Assembly (NCBI GenBank): GCA_002269645.1
Contig: NIVC01002652.1
Span: 88,943 to 152,942, forward strand
Length of the DNA: 64,000 nucleotides
Direction of reading: 5' to 3'
Source of the DNA: Macrostomum lignano
Lineage: Eukaryota
Of the stretch, positions 1 through 11,046 are shown one piece after another. Made by a program: the position numbers and the translations under genes. Within the stretch, counting starts at the first letter, position 1. The number at the start of each line of letters is the position of its first letter. Under the pieces are notes generated by a model. That model was not told where the DNA came from and searched no databases. It saw only the letters and a program-made list of their open reading frames with translations.

Positions 1-1355
1 TCTTCCTTTTTATTTTATTCCCACCGCTTACCTCATTCCGATTTGGATAGCAGAATTGCCACGCAAAAAAAGTAAAAACATAACAATAAACTATTTGCTT
101 CATACTAATTGCCACTGACTGTTAATAAACGCGACGTCAATTTCTCTCAATAACAGTTGGAACATGTTTCTCGTACACTCGTATATTTATTTGAACTGCA
201 AAGCGGTGAAAAAGTCATGATTGGTCGCCATATGTACAAATGTACACTCACAGACTCACTGACTCAGGTACAATCTATGCAATATAAAGGCAGGAATCAT
301 TAAAAATCAAATACTTAAGACAGTTTAAGAGAAGTCCAGGTTTAAACTGGACATGACTAGAATTTGACAAGTTTCTGATGAAAAACAAGGACATGGCAGC
401 TGCACAAATATCGATAAAAATCAGTGAAATTTCTGAATGTGAGTTTGCGCAAAGCAATGCATGTTTAGTGTCGAATATCTCAGCATCAAAGCTGTCTTTT
501 GCGACGCCTGAGGTGTCATTTTAAAGCTGAGACATGCGTATAGAGTAAATCGAAGCATTTTTAAATCCAGTATCTGCTTTTAGGCTGCTACGATCAAAAC
601 AATTTTAGTCAACAGTAAAGCGATTTCTAATCAGAGTGTTGCTAAGCAATTTTAAAATCAATGTATGTCAGAAGGATTTTTACTTCAGTTAATAAATTAA
701 AGCTTATTCGACGACCAACACTTGCGTAAGTATTTGCCAAAAAGATGGTTGAAGCGGGTCAATTTTGTTTAAAGTTACAGACGATCGTTTCAAATGTCTG
801 TCTGAATATCTCTCGTGAAACCCTCACATTCTAAACAAGACTCAAGAGAAATTGCACTCTGAGCCTTAAAATCGCACCTTGAAATTTGGCACAAGGTGCG
901 ATTTCGCACCTTATCTCTGGCGAAAAAAAAACCCAGAAGGCAAAACAAAATCGTTTGTTGCGCTGCTACTATTAGTAGCAGCAAAAAAACTCGGAATTAA
1001 CTTTCGAATAAAAATATAATTTGTCACAGTGGGGGTTATATCAGCTGATACGAATATTGAACAGTGAAAAATTCAATTGAACCGCCCAGTTGCAGGAAAC
1101 AGGAAAATTATTAATAATTGATAACTGCGACACTTGAAGTAATTAATCAATGACGGAGTCGTATACTATAACATCGTACATCGTGTCGAATCACATGAAC
1201 CGCAAATCGTACATACATTACATAACTAGGTATAAAACGTTGCGTGGTCCAAGTTTATTACATGGTTCTAAATTTGCACGAGTATTAAGTTAGACTGGTA
1301 GAGTGGCAGACTAGCTTGTCCTGTCCATCTATCAATAGTCACTAATCTCGACAGA

Positions 1356-1715
<360 letters not shown>

Positions 1716-1783
1716 TCATATACATGCTGTGGGCCGTGGGGACGGGGAGGACTATCTTGCTTCATAGCTTCACTCGCTATCTC

Positions 1784-1841
1784 ATTGGCTGATTGCAGGA
1801 GTTTACGCGCAAAAGTTTAGCTTCAACTCTTCAGCTATTGG
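1784..1841 (-). promoter_or_regulatory. Two CCAAT boxes upstream of LC8
   Basis: attggctgat context at 1784 and 1837 reads CCAAT on the LC8 sense strand. Function is inferred from position only. Confidence 0.35.
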
Positions 1842-2939
1842 CTGATGGGCCTAGGAGTTTTAGCTTCACTGTTCTTTATGCCCAAAATGGTTATTATAGT
1901 AAAAACCAAGGGCGGGAAGGAATTTCCACGTCTCCTTGACAGCCGCGAGCAACCCCCGTTTCTACCCTCCTCCGCTCAAACAGGGGAAGCGAGGGTTGAA
2001 AGAAGAGAGAAGAGAGGAAGGGAAGGCCTGCAGGCTGCGGCCTACATTGCCTTTGCTCTCGCACGCCCAAATGGCGTCAATCGGGGCGAATCTTCTTAAT
2101 TTACAGCTCTGCTCGTCCACGTCTCTCTTAGCTTTCTGTGACTTTCAAGGCAAAGCAGATCGATTTATCTCTCTTGTTTACATGCAGCTAGCTAACTTTC
2201 TTTACAGCCAAGTCTGAACTCTGAAATGCTTCAGTATTTCTTGAGAATGAATCTAATTCAATGGAGAATGTTGAAATTAGCCTTTAGGGCTACAGCCCGG
2301 GCCAATAAAGGAAGAGACGGGTTTTTTGCCTCGCCAAGTATCTTGTATCTATACTACTATAGGAATTAGACGAATGAAATTGCGCCTATGTATATGTAAT
2401 TAAATCATAGATTAGAGGATATAAGATGATAGAGATTATAGAGTATTCTCAGTTAGTCTTGAAAACATTAAATCAAGTCCTAGACTCCTAGTACTAAGTG
2501 GTGGTGTAATAAGTAAATGAGAAATATATTTTATATTCGCAGTTGTGTAGCTAAGGCAGGTAGGTCGTCATGGCTGTCATGACCCCCCTCCCAGACAGCA
2601 GACCATTCAAATTTTGAATCTATTTTAGTAAAAGTAATCTTTAGTTTAGTGTAATTAGAACTACAAAATTATAAAAATCAGCCTATTATGATTTAGCACG
2701 CCTGCTACAAACACGCTACTAACAGTACAAAATGAAGCGTTTCGCGTAACATATGACTACTTTTTCCATATCAATCTGAGCTTAGGTTGAAGGTTGGGGG
2801 GGAGGCAAGGAGAGCCGCGAACTATCACGATTACTTTTCACGATTTCATAATTCACCACGGCAAAAACATAAACAATGTAGCACCCCCTGGTACTTTTTT
2901 TCTGACACTGGCGCCCACTCCAAATGAAATGGCGCCTAC

Positions 2940-4137
2940 AGTGCCGTCTTAGTCAAATGGAATGCCGTCTTGTCAACTGAAATGCCGTCTAGTCAACTGA
3001 AATGCCGTCTTGTCAAATGAAATGCCGTCTTAGTCAAATGAAATGCCGTCTAGTCAAATAAAAAAAAATGCCGTCTAGTCAAATGAAGTGCCGTCTAGTC
3101 AAATGAAGTGCCGTCTAGTCAAATGAAATGCCGGCTAGTCAACTGAAATGCCGTCTTGTCAACGAAATGCCGTCTAGTCAACTGAAATGCCGTCTTGTCA
3201 AATGAAGTGCCGTCTAGTCAACTGAAATGCCGTCTTGTCAACTGAAATGCCGTCTAGTCAACTGAAATGCCGTCTTGTCAAATGAAATGCCGTCTTAGTC
3301 AAATGAAATGCCGTCTAGTCAACTGAAATGCCGTCTTGTCAAATGAAATGCCGTCTTAGTCAAATGAAATGCCGTCTAGTCAACTGAAATGCCGTCTTGT
3401 CAAATGAAATGCCGTCTTAGTCAAGTGAAATGCCGTCTAGTCAAATAAAATGCCGTCTAGTCAAATGAAGTGCCGTCTAGTCAAATGAAGTGCCGTCTAG
3501 TCAAATGAAGTGCCGTCTAGTCAAATGAAATGCCGTCTAGTCAACTGAAATGCCGTCTTGTCAACTGAAATGCCGTCTAGTCAACTGAAATGCCGTCTTG
3601 TCAAATGAAGTGCCGTCTAGTCAACTGAAATGCCGTCTTGTCAAATGAAATGCCGTCTTGTCAAATGAAGTGCCGTCTAGTCAACTGAAATGCCGTCTTG
3701 TCAAATGAAGTGCCGTCTTGTCAAATGAAATGCCGTCTTGTCAAATGAAATGCCGTCTAGTCAACTGAAATGCCGTCTTGTCAAATGAAGTGCCGTCTAG
3801 TCAAATGAAATGCCGTCTAGTCAAATAAAGTGGCGTCTAGTCAAATGAAATGCCGTCTAGTCAAATAAAGTGGCGTCTAGTCAAATGAAGTGCCGTCTAG
3901 TCAAATGAAGTGCCGTCTAGTCAAATGAAATGCCGTCTAGTCAAATGAAATGCTGTCTAGTCAAATGAAGTGCCGTCTAGTCAAATGAAATGCCGTCTAG
4001 TCAAATGAAATGCTGTCTAGTCAAATGAAGTGCCGTCTAGTCAAATGAAATGCCGTCTTAGTCATATGTTGAATGCCGTCTAGTCAAATGAAATGCCGTC
4101 TTAGTCATATGTTGAATGCCGTCTTAGTCAAATGAAT
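2940..4137. repeat. 20-bp minisatellite (tgaaatgccgtctagtcaaa)n, about 60 units
   Basis: Directly visible; variants ctag/cttg/cttag and aaat/aact. Confidence 0.97.
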
Positions 4138-4420
4138 TTCGAAAGGCAAAATTTCGAATTTCAATAAAATAATTGTAGCGTCCGTTAATCGGCTGATGGC
4201 ATACATCAGGCATTAATGTACATGTAGAGCCTGTATTGGGTACAAAAGGCCTAGGATACAGGATGACAGGCCGCGCCATCAGCAGAATCCTTGGCGACAG
4301 CGTAATCAGCAAGCAGTCGACGAACAAAACGCTGCAACACTGAACGCTTGGCCTTGCTCGTATAGGGTGCCGGAATCGTCAGCAGCAGCAGAAACTCCTG
4401 CACATGCGCATATTATGTAC

Positions 4421-4814
4421 TAGCTGGCAGTCACAGTTGGTGTAGCCTACTAGCTGACAGTCTCAGATGGTGTAGCCTACTAGCTGGAGTCTCAGATGGT
4501 GTAGCCTACTAGCTGGAGTCTCAGATGGTGTAGCCTACTAGCTAGCAGTCTCAGATGGTGTAGCCTACTAGCTGACAGTCTCAGATGGTGTAGCCTACTA
4601 GCTAACAGTCTCAGATGGTGTAGCCTACTAGCTGGAGTCTCAGATGGTGTAGCCTACTAGCTAGAAGTCTCAGATGGTGTAGCCTACTAGCTGGAGTCTC
4701 AGATGGTGTAGCCTACTAGCTGACAGTCTCAGATGGTGTAGCCTACTAGCTGACAGTCTCAGATGGTGTAGCCTACTAGCTGACAGTCTCAGATGGTGTA
4801 GCCTACTAGCTAGC
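4421..4814. repeat. 29-30-bp minisatellite (tagctgacagtctcagatggtgtagcctac)n, left part
   Basis: Directly visible; the array is interrupted by the LTR element and resumes at 9389. Confidence 0.97.
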
Positions 4815-4995
4815 TGTGGTAGCGTGGGTCTGCTCAGTTGCTCCGCTTAGTGTAATGTACAGTGCAGGTGTACACCTGCACGCGCGCGTGTGATTGGCTG
4901 ACGCTTTGTCAGACAACCTTTATTGTTGGCCAGCTATATTAAATACAAGCTCTCTGCCTTGGGGGGGGTCTTACCCCCGAAGTGGAGTTTTCACA
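4815..4995 (+). repeat. 5' LTR (181 bp, TG...CA)
   Basis: Starts tgtggtagc and ends ttttcaca; matches 9214-9388 except G8 vs G9 and the last 7 nt. Confidence 0.93.
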
Positions 4996-4996
4996 G

Positions 4997-5006
4997 TGGC
5001 GACGAG
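4997..5006 (+). promoter_or_regulatory. Primer binding site TGGCGACGAG (likely tRNA-Ser GCU)
   Basis: Lies 1 nt after the LTR. Complementary to a tRNA 3' end CUCGUCGCCA, recalled for tRNA-Ser(GCU). Confidence 0.8.
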
Positions 5007-5026
5007 ACTGAAACGATCCTGCGCAA

Positions 5027-8000
5027 ATGAGTAGTGCAAGTGCACTAGGGCTTGTCGGCCCATACGAAGAAGGCTCTGAGCCGTGGCATATGTACCAAGC
5101 AAGGTTAGAACAATATTTTGTTGCCAATGACGTCACTGAGGAAGCGAAAAAGCGAGCGATTCTGCTGAGTTCATGCGGCAAGAAAGTCTTCCATCTGGCC
5201 TTCAGTCTTCTGTCTCCTGCACAGCCATCAGCCAAGAGCTACACCGAAATTTGCGAAGCACTGAAGAGCCATTTCGAGCCTGAGGAGTCCGAGATCGTCC
5301 ATCGTTACCGGTTCTACACCAGAAATCGCAGGGAAGGTGAGGGCGTCGCTGACTTTGTCGCAGACCTCCGAGACCTGGCTCGCGACTGCAAGTTCGGCGA
5401 CAGCCTGACTTCGATGCTTCGCGACAGGCTGGTGCTGGGAATCAACAACGACGGCGCTCAGCGGCGGCTGCTGGCGGAGCCCGATCTCACTCTAGCGAAG
5501 GCATTGAAGCTGGCCCTGGCCCACGAGTCCGCCGCCAAGGGCTGCCAGCTGGTGTCGGGAGCGAGTAAGCCAGATCCAGTCAGTCAGGAGTCCGTCAGCA
5601 TTGTCAAGCAACAGCAGAAGTCATCTTCGACAAGGAGGTGCTTCAGGTGCCTGTCAACGAAGCATCTCGCTAATAAGTGCCCGTTCGCCACCCAGAAGTG
5701 CTACAAGTGCTCAAAGACCGGCCACACTGCGGCTGCCTGCAAATCCCAGTCGAAGGACGATAGAAGAGAGGCTCTGCAGATGCAGGACGGTGAGGAAAAA
5801 GACAGCTGCGAGGAGGAAACGGCCCACTCACTGTACCAGCTGTCCGGCAAGCGAGTGTCGAAGGTGCCGCCGATTACAACGACGGTGCGCATCAATGGCC
5901 GACCTGTTGTCATGGAAGTGGACACCGGAGCCTCCGTGTCCCTGGTATCCTCGAAGACCTACAGGACCGTGCTCAACTCCCAGCCAGCACTGCAGCCTGC
6001 GTCCATGCAGCTGCGAACATACTCCGGTGAGAAAGTGCCAATTGAAGGCTGCATCTGCGTTGCTGTGGAAGCTGCTGAAGCACCGCCCAAGTCACTCAGC
6101 CTCCTTGTGGTCGCCGGCTGCGGATCCGACCTGCTCGGAAGAGACTGGCTGTCCGAGTTGCGGCTCGACTGGAGATCAATCAAGCAAATGGCGGCTGCTC
6201 CGGAGGTGTCGCCCAGACTGCAGCAGCTGCTCGACAAGTACAGCGATGTTTTTTCGCCTGAGCTAGGAAAGTACAACGGACCACCAGTGAGTTTGAATAT
6301 GAAACCCGATGCTCAACCTCGCTTTATGAAGGCCAGGAATCTCCCCTTTGCTGTGAAGGACAAGGTGGAGAGCCAACTGAACCGCGAGATCGAACTAGGA
6401 ATCCTGGTGCCCGTGCAGCACTCCGAGTACGCATCGCCGGTGGTGCCAGTGCTCAAGTCCGACGGCTCTGTGAGGGTCTGCGCCGACTTTAAGCAGACCG
6501 TCAACCCGAACGTGGAGCCCGACTCGTATCCTCTGCCGCGGATCGAAGAGCTGTTCGCGAAGCTGACTGGTGGGCGGCTCTTCACTAAGCTCGACTTGTC
6601 GCAGGCGTACATGCAGCTGCCACTCGATGAGGCCTCCCAGGAAGTCTGCACGATCAATACGCACAAAGGGCTGCTTCGGTACTCGCGGCTGCCCTTCGGT
6701 GTCTCGCCAGCGGTCGGGATTTTTCAGCGCCGGATGGACTGCTTGCTGCAAGGAATCACCAGCACCGCCTGCTTCATCGATGACCTCATCATCACCGGGA
6801 AGGACGACAGCAGTCATCTGAACTCCCTGGAGCAGGTTCTGGAGAAGCTGAGCCAGAGCGGCCTCCGGTGCAAGCTGGAGAAGTGCCAGTTCATGCAGAC
6901 GAGCGTCAGTTATCTCGGTCACCGCATCGATGCCGACGGCCTGCACCCGATCAAAGACAAGGTCGAGGCGATTGTCAGCGCTCCAGCTCCCAAGGACGCA
7001 AGTCAGCTGCGCAGCTTCCTAGGCATGGTGAACTACTATGGCAAGTTCCTACCTAATTTGTCTCAAGTCCTGGCACCGCTGCACCTGCTGCTGCGCGAGC
7101 AACACCGCTGGAACTGGGGCGCTGCTCAGAACGCCGCTTTCGAGAAGTGCAAGGCCCTGCTGTCTTCGGCTCCGGTATTGGCGCACTTCGACCCGAGCGA
7201 AGACCTGCTGCTTGAGTGCGACGCGTCCCCCTACGGTCTGGGCGCGGTCATCAGCCACAGGATCGATGGAGCTGTCCGGCCTGTGGCCTTTTCCTCGCGT
7301 ACGTTGCACGACGCTGAGAAAAACTACTCGCAGCTCGAGAAGGAAGCCATCGCTGTAGTGTTTGCGGTCAAGAAGTTCAACGCGTACCTGTTCGGCCGCC
7401 CATTTCTGCTGGCGAGTGACCACAAACCTCTGCTTGGATTGCTTGCTGAGAACAAGGCCGTGCCGGCCCTGGCATCTGGAAGAATTCAGAGGTGGGCTCT
7501 GCTGCTGTCTGGCTATAACTACCGCATGGTTCACCGAGCCGGAGCCTCACTGCTGTGCGCCGATGCCCTGAGTCGCCTGCCGCTGCCCGACAAGCCGGCG
7601 ACGGTCCCGAAGCTGGCAGAGCTGGTCATGCTGATGGACCACCTGGACGATGGACCTGTCACGGCAGCTCAGATACGCGGCCTGACTCGAAGGGACCCCA
7701 CACTAGCCCGAGCTCTGCACTTCACGCAAATTGGCTGGCCAGAGCGGGTCAGTGACGATCTGCTGCCATACTCCAAGAGAGCGGCTGAGCTCGGTGCGCA
7801 AGACGGCTGCCTCCTGTGGGGCGCTCGAGTGGTGGTCCCGGTCGGAGCGCGAGCTGCACTGCTCCAGGTGCTGCATCAAGGTCATGCGGGGGCGTCACGC
7901 ATGAAGACGCTAGCCCGAGGTTATTTCTGGTGGCCAGGATTAGACTCGGAGATTGAAAACCTGGCCAAGGCCTGCTCTGACTGTCAGGAGTTGCAGAACG

Positions 8001-8950
8001 CCCCGGCGCCTTCGCCAATGTTGTCGTGGCCGTGGCCTGACCGACCGTGGTCTCGAGTGCATATTGACTATGCGGGTCCGGTGACTGGCAAGATGCTGCT
8101 GGTTGTCGTCGATGCTCATTCAAAGTGGCTGGATGTGCATGTGGTGACGTCAGCGACCTCAGCTGTCACCATCCAGAAACTCCGCTCCAGCTTCGCGACA
8201 CACGGGTTGCCAGATGTGCTGGTGTCGGACAATGGGCCCAACTTGGTCAGCGAGGAGTTGTCCGACTTTCTGCGGAGGAACGACATTCAGCACGTGCGCG
8301 TTGCTCCCTACCATCCGGCGTCCAACGGCCTGGCGGAACGAGCTGTCCAGACGCTGAAGCGGTCCCTGGAGAAGCAGCGCGAAGGCTCCTTGGAGGATAA
8401 GGTCGCCCGGTTCCTGCTGAGCTACCGGGTCACTCCGCATGCGACAACTGGTGTGGCTCCCTGCGAACTCCTGATGGAACGGCGCCTGTGCACGTTGCTA
8501 GATCGAGCTCGGCCAGACCTGGGAGCAAGAGTACAGCGTAAGCAAAGTCAGCAAAAAGAGCACCACGACTGCAAAGCTCGGTTCTGGACCTTCGAGACTG
8601 ACGACGCTGTACTCGCCAGAGACTTTGGAGCCAACAGAGGTCGGTGGAAGCCGGCGCGAGTTGTCGGTGCCGCCGGTCCGGCCTCCTACCTGTGCGGCTT
8701 CGATGGCGACGACCGAGTGGTGCGGCGGCACGTTGACCATGTCCGCGGTGGTCCTGAGCAGCCGCGGCCTACAGGAGCTGGCGTGACAGACGGTGCTACC
8801 GACGCCAAGGCCGCACCTGAGCCGGAAGCTGCGATGCCGGCCGTGGACGAGCCGCCAAACCTGGCTGCTCCTGGAGACCCTGAGATCGACGGGTCTCTGC
8901 GCCGATCGTCGCGAGTTCGACGTCCCCCGGAGCGCCTGAGCTACGGGTGA
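5027..8950 (+). CDS. Gag-Pol polyprotein, 1307 aa
   Basis: Two CCHC knuckles (CFRCLSTKHLANKC, CYKCSKTGHTAAAC), protease EVDTGAS, RT FIDD, RNase H LECDASPYGLGAV, integrase HQGH...CSDC plus HIDYAGP / SDNGP / SNGLAERAVQ. Confidence 0.97.
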   Translation: MSSASALGLVGPYEEGSEPWHMYQARLEQYFVANDVTEEAKKRAILLSSCGKKVFHLAFSLLSPAQPSAKSYTEICEALKSHFEPEESEIVHRYRFYTRNRREGEGVADFVADLRDLARDCKFGDSLTSMLRDRLVLGINNDGAQRRLLAEPDLTLAKALKLALAHESAAKGCQLVSGASKPDPVSQESVSIVKQQQKSSSTRRCFRCLSTKHLANKCPFATQKCYKCSKTGHTAAACKSQSKDDRREALQMQDGEEKDSCEEETAHSLYQLSGKRVSKVPPITTTVRINGRPVVMEVDTGASVSLVSSKTYRTVLNSQPALQPASMQLRTYSGEKVPIEGCICVAVEAAEAPPKSLSLLVVAGCGSDLLGRDWLSELRLDWRSIKQMAAAPEVSPRLQQLLDKYSDVFSPELGKYNGPPVSLNMKPDAQPRFMKARNLPFAVKDKVESQLNREIELGILVPVQHSEYASPVVPVLKSDGSVRVCADFKQTVNPNVEPDSYPLPRIEELFAKLTGGRLFTKLDLSQAYMQLPLDEASQEVCTINTHKGLLRYSRLPFGVSPAVGIFQRRMDCLLQGITSTACFIDDLIITGKDDSSHLNSLEQVLEKLSQSGLRCKLEKCQFMQTSVSYLGHRIDADGLHPIKDKVEAIVSAPAPKDASQLRSFLGMVNYYGKFLPNLSQVLAPLHLLLREQHRWNWGAAQNAAFEKCKALLSSAPVLAHFDPSEDLLLECDASPYGLGAVISHRIDGAVRPVAFSSRTLHDAEKNYSQLEKEAIAVVFAVKKFNAYLFGRPFLLASDHKPLLGLLAENKAVPALASGRIQRWALLLSGYNYRMVHRAGASLLCADALSRLPLPDKPATVPKLAELVMLMDHLDDGPVTAAQIRGLTRRDPTLARALHFTQIGWPERVSDDLLPYSKRAAELGAQDGCLLWGARVVVPVGARAALLQVLHQGHAGASRMKTLARGYFWWPGLDSEIENLAKACSDCQELQNAPAPSPMLSWPWPDRPWSRVHIDYAGPVTGKMLLVVVDAHSKWLDVHVVTSATSAVTIQKLRSSFATHGLPDVLVSDNGPNLVSEELSDFLRRNDIQHVRVAPYHPASNGLAERAVQTLKRSLEKQREGSLEDKVARFLLSYRVTPHATTGVAPCELLMERRLCTLLDRARPDLGARVQRKQSQQKEHHDCKARFWTFETDDAVLARDFGANRGRWKPARVVGAAGPASYLCGFDGDDRVVRRHVDHVRGGPEQPRPTGAGVTDGATDAKAAPEPEAAMPAVDEPPNLAAPGDPEIDGSLRRSSRVRRPPERLSYG

Positions 8951-9202
8951 GGTCATCTGTGAAAGAGACTGTTTTGATTTACTGTTGAGTTCGCACGTTT
9001 AATTTTGGATTTTGAACTTTGTTATGGTTATGGTTTATTTTCCTTTATTCTGTTGTGTCGTTTGCTTTCCTATCAGGCGTTTGCGTAGTTTTGGTACTGG
9101 TTAATTATTATTTATTATTAAGTTATTAAGTTTTGAGTTATTGTTCCTCACTAAAATGTGTTGCTCTAATGTATTCTCTTGCGATCCCTGATCCCCATGT
9201 AG

Positions 9203-9213
9203 ATGGGGAGGGA
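9203..9213 (+). promoter_or_regulatory. Polypurine tract
   Basis: atggggaggga directly abuts the 3' LTR start at 9214. Confidence 0.8.
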
Positions 9214-9388
9214 TGTGGTAGCGTGGGTCTGCTCAGTTGCTCCGCTTAGTGTAATGTACAGTGCAGGTGTACACCTGCACGCGCGCGTGTGATTGGCTGA
9301 CGCTTTGTCAGACAACCTTTATTGTTGGCCAGCTATATTAAATACAAGCTCTCTGCCTTGGGGGGGGGTCTTACCCCCGAAGTGGAGT
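9214..9388 (+). repeat. 3' LTR, lacking its terminal tttcaca
   Basis: Identical to the 5' LTR up to gaagtggagt, then runs straight into the minisatellite (ctcagatggtg). Confidence 0.92.
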
Positions 9389-10389
9389 CTCAGATGGTGT
9401 AGCCTACTAGCTGGCAGTCTCAGATTGTGTAGCCTACTAGCTGGCAGTCTCAGATGATGTAGCCTACTAGCTGGCAGTCTCAGATGGTGTAGCCTACTAG
9501 CTGACAGTCTCAGATGGTGTAGCCTACTAGCTAGCAGTCTCAGATGGTGTAGCCTACTAGCTGGAGTCTCAGATGGTGTAGCCTACTAGCTGGAGTCTCA
9601 GATGGTGTAGCCTACTAGCTGGAGTCTCAGATGGTGTAGCCTACTAGCTGACAGTCTCAGATGGTGTAGCCTACTAGCTGACAGTCTCAGATGGTGTAGC
9701 CTACTAGCTGACAGTCTCAGATGGTGTAGCCTACTAGCTGGAGTTTCAGGTGGTGTAGCCTACTAGCTGACAGTCTCAGATGGTGTAGCCTACTAGCTGA
9801 CAGTCTCAGATGGTGTAGCCTACTAGCTGACAGTCTCAGATGGTGTAGCCTACTAGCTGACAGTCTCAGATGGTGTAGCCTACTAGCTGACAGTCTCAGA
9901 TGGTGTAGCCTACTAGCTGACAGTCTCAGATGGTGTAGCCTACTAGCTGACAGTCTCAGATGGTGTAGCCTACTAGCTGACAGTCTCAGATGGTGTAGCC
10001 TACTAGCTGACAGTCTCAGATGGTGTAGCCTACTAGCTAGCAGTCTCAGATGGTGTAGCCTACTAGCTGACAGTCTCAGATGGTGTAGCCTACTAGCTGG
10101 AGTTTCAGGTGGTGTAGCCTACTAGCTGGAGTTTCAGGTGGTGTAGCCTACTAGCTGGAGTCTCAGATGGTGTAGCCTACTAGCTGACAGTCTCAGATGG
10201 TGTAGCCTACTAGCTGACAGTCTCAGATGGTGTAGCCTACTAGCTGGAGTTTCAGGTGGTGTAGCCTACTAGCTGGAGTCTCAGATGGTGTAGCCTACTA
10301 GCTGACAGTCTCAGATGGTGTAGCCTACTAGCTGACAGTCTCAGATGGTGTAGCCTACTAGCTGGCAGTCTCAGATGGCGTAGCCTACC
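9389..10389. repeat. 29-30-bp minisatellite, right part (about 33 units)
   Basis: Same unit as 4421-4814. Confidence 0.97.
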
Positions 10390-11046
10390 ATCAAATGAGC
10401 CATCGCATCACGCCAACTGTGCTGCAATTCGCTGTGTGGAAAAGGCTTAAAATTTTGTGCATTTATAAATAGGCGCCGATGTGGGGATTTCAGTTGATAA
10501 CACCTGAGCGTACTCTATTGTACACAAGTAATTTTTGCTTGGAAATGCAGTGCTGGACTAATCGCGTACAGAGAAGTGTTTAACCTTATGGCGAGCGCTT
10601 ACTCCAGTTTTGGCAGACTTTTTTGGCCTTATTTGCTGGCCTGCGCTGTACTCGTCCAGTCGTCACCCTGACATTGGAATAGCTTTGCACATTAGAAAGT
10701 ACTCACATTGAGAGGGCCATGTATAGAGACGAACAACAGACTTTCTACGGTCCGCTGTAGTACAGTGCTGCTATTAATTAATTTTGCAACGGAATTATTC
10801 TTTTGTGGAGTAGACGGTATAACAAAGTCCATAATTCTCGCAGGTTCAACAAAAACATTCTACACCTAAAAGCGAAATTATTTGTCTTTTTGTGCCTTTA
10901 AGTTTTTCTGACGATTATAGCGAGTGTTTTTCAGTATAGGAGTACTGCAAAATTTTTCAAAAGTCAATAATATCCTCGTCTTTCGTATCGATCTACATAC
11001 ATTCCATTCACTTTTTAGCCTTAATCACTTTTGGTCAAAGATCACT

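Larger units (their letters stand above)
4815..9388 (+). mobile_element. Full-length Ty3/Gypsy LTR retrotransposon (Mag-like)
   Basis: Two near-identical LTRs, PBS, PPT and an intact single gag-pol ORF in PR-RT-RH-IN order. Confidence 0.96.

Noticed and set aside
30-36. Minus-strand ATGAG|gtaagc as a first coding microexon of a gene running off the window
   Set aside because: Good donor, but nothing downstream is visible to confirm it.
5601-8956. Alternative-frame and antisense ORFs over gag-pol, FATP, SDR and KY-like exons
   Set aside because: Shadow ORFs of GC-rich coding sequence with no recognisable motifs.
10588-10671. Signal-peptide-like short ORF MASAYSSFGRLFWPYLLACAVLVQSSP*
   Set aside because: Stops after 27 aa with no convincing donor; the exon at 11047 explains the receptor N-terminus.
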